Below, one piece after another: positions 62,939 through 64,000 of a DNA stretch of 64,000 bases. A program made the position numbers and the translations under genes. The DNA lies in contig JASANG010000621.1 in NCBI GenBank assembly GCA_030248215.1, positions 310,001-374,000 on the forward strand, given 5' to 3'. The notes below the pieces were generated by a model. That model searched no databases. It was not told where the DNA came from and saw only the letters and a program-made list of their open reading frames with translations. The stretch comes from Enoplolaimus lenunculus (Eukaryota). The number at the start of each line of letters is the position of its first letter. Within the stretch, counting starts at the first letter, position 1.

Positions 62939-63611
62939 TTTGAAGTAAATGTGATAAAACTCTGCGACGACAAATGTTGAACTGACTTATCCGCTAAATC
63001 CAGATAAAAAACCCTTGAGCCGTCATCGTTCGGCAATCGGTGGACGGTAGTCCATCGGACAGTGGAGATAACGGCTGAAACTGAAGTTATACTAACGCGG
63101 TAAGCGACGGAGCTAACTTGGTTTCAAGCAAGTTTGCAAACAAATTAAGTTATTGGTTCAACCAAGAGTGCATGTTACATCCACCGGGCGTTGCATTTTT
63201 AGCCGACCCCCCTTGTTTAGAGGGGGTCGCTGTCACGTGCAATAACCCTAAATTAAATTATAAGCGGAGCAATTAGTTGCCGGATACATAAAGTGACATG
63301 GTTCGCATAGGTTGTACGCCCCTCTAAATAGAGGGGGGAAGGCCAAAAACGCAACGCGTGCCGTGTACATTATTTTCTACGCAGAATGCACCCAGGTGCA
63401 TGCTCTTGTTTAAGTATGCATCATCCACTCTTGCTTTAACTGATCATGCTTTTTAGTATTTGTTTTCAACTTATAAGTTACCTTACTCCCTGTTGTATGA
63501 GTGTCGGTATACCGACATATGTGCCAACTCGCATGCGGTTAACGCCTATTTGATCCACCCGCAAGGTCGGGTTTAAACCTAGCTGTCTACAGATTTTTCC
63601 ACATATGCAAA

Positions 63612-63699
63612 CGGTAGCGGTCCACTTGTCATACGGCGCTGTCCGTTACCATCATGCAAGCGGTAGCGGTCTACTTGTCATACGGCGCTGTCCGTCACC
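63612..63699. repeat. ~49-bp-period tandem duplication
   Basis: CGGTAGCGGT.(C/A)ACTTGTCATACGGCGCTGTCCGT.ACCA occurs twice. Confidence 0.8.
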
Positions 63700-64000
63700 A
63701 CCCGTTCCCATGCGGTATCGTATATGAGTAACGCCACACGAATTCTTTCACATTTCTACTATCACTCCAGGCTCTCAGAATTTTAACTGAATCTTGTCTC
63801 ACGGATCTCGCTTGGGTCGACCCGTCAATTTCTGAATTCTCCAGTGTTTTTTCTAGTCGTCTCAAGACTGATTGATAGTATGTTGCATACAGCTGATACT
63901 GATACGTTACCCATTGATCTTCAACATATGAGTAGGTGTAAAGTTTTTGACCAAATTATAATATCGCATTATACCATTTTATCGCCAAAAATAGCTGAAA

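Overview
AT-rich, intron-containing animal genomic DNA. It is probably a nematode, an inference from TTTCAG-type splice acceptors and dispersed TTAGGC arrays. Four host genes could be spliced by hand with consistent phases: a Fasciclin-3-like Ig-superfamily membrane protein (+, two possible C-termini), TIMM13 (-), BRAT1 (-) and a RagC/D GTPase (-). There is also an apparently orphaned first exon of an NME5-like NDP kinase. Introns and intergenic DNA are crowded with MITEs (hAT-, PIF/Harbinger-, piggyBac- and Tc1/mariner-like). The most striking locus is 52.4-58.6 kb, where a decayed Tx1/L1 fragment abuts a rearranged LTR element. Its LTR-PBS-gag 5' half is inverted. Its gag 3' half runs in the same frame, across one TAA, into a herpes-gB-like class III fusion glycoprotein, followed by what may be the start of a protease. 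This suggests an unusual Gag-Env(-Pol) single-polyprotein endogenous virus. A decayed intronless ORF of unknown origin lies at 43.5-47.1 kb. All family assignments are from motif recognition; no database searches were run.
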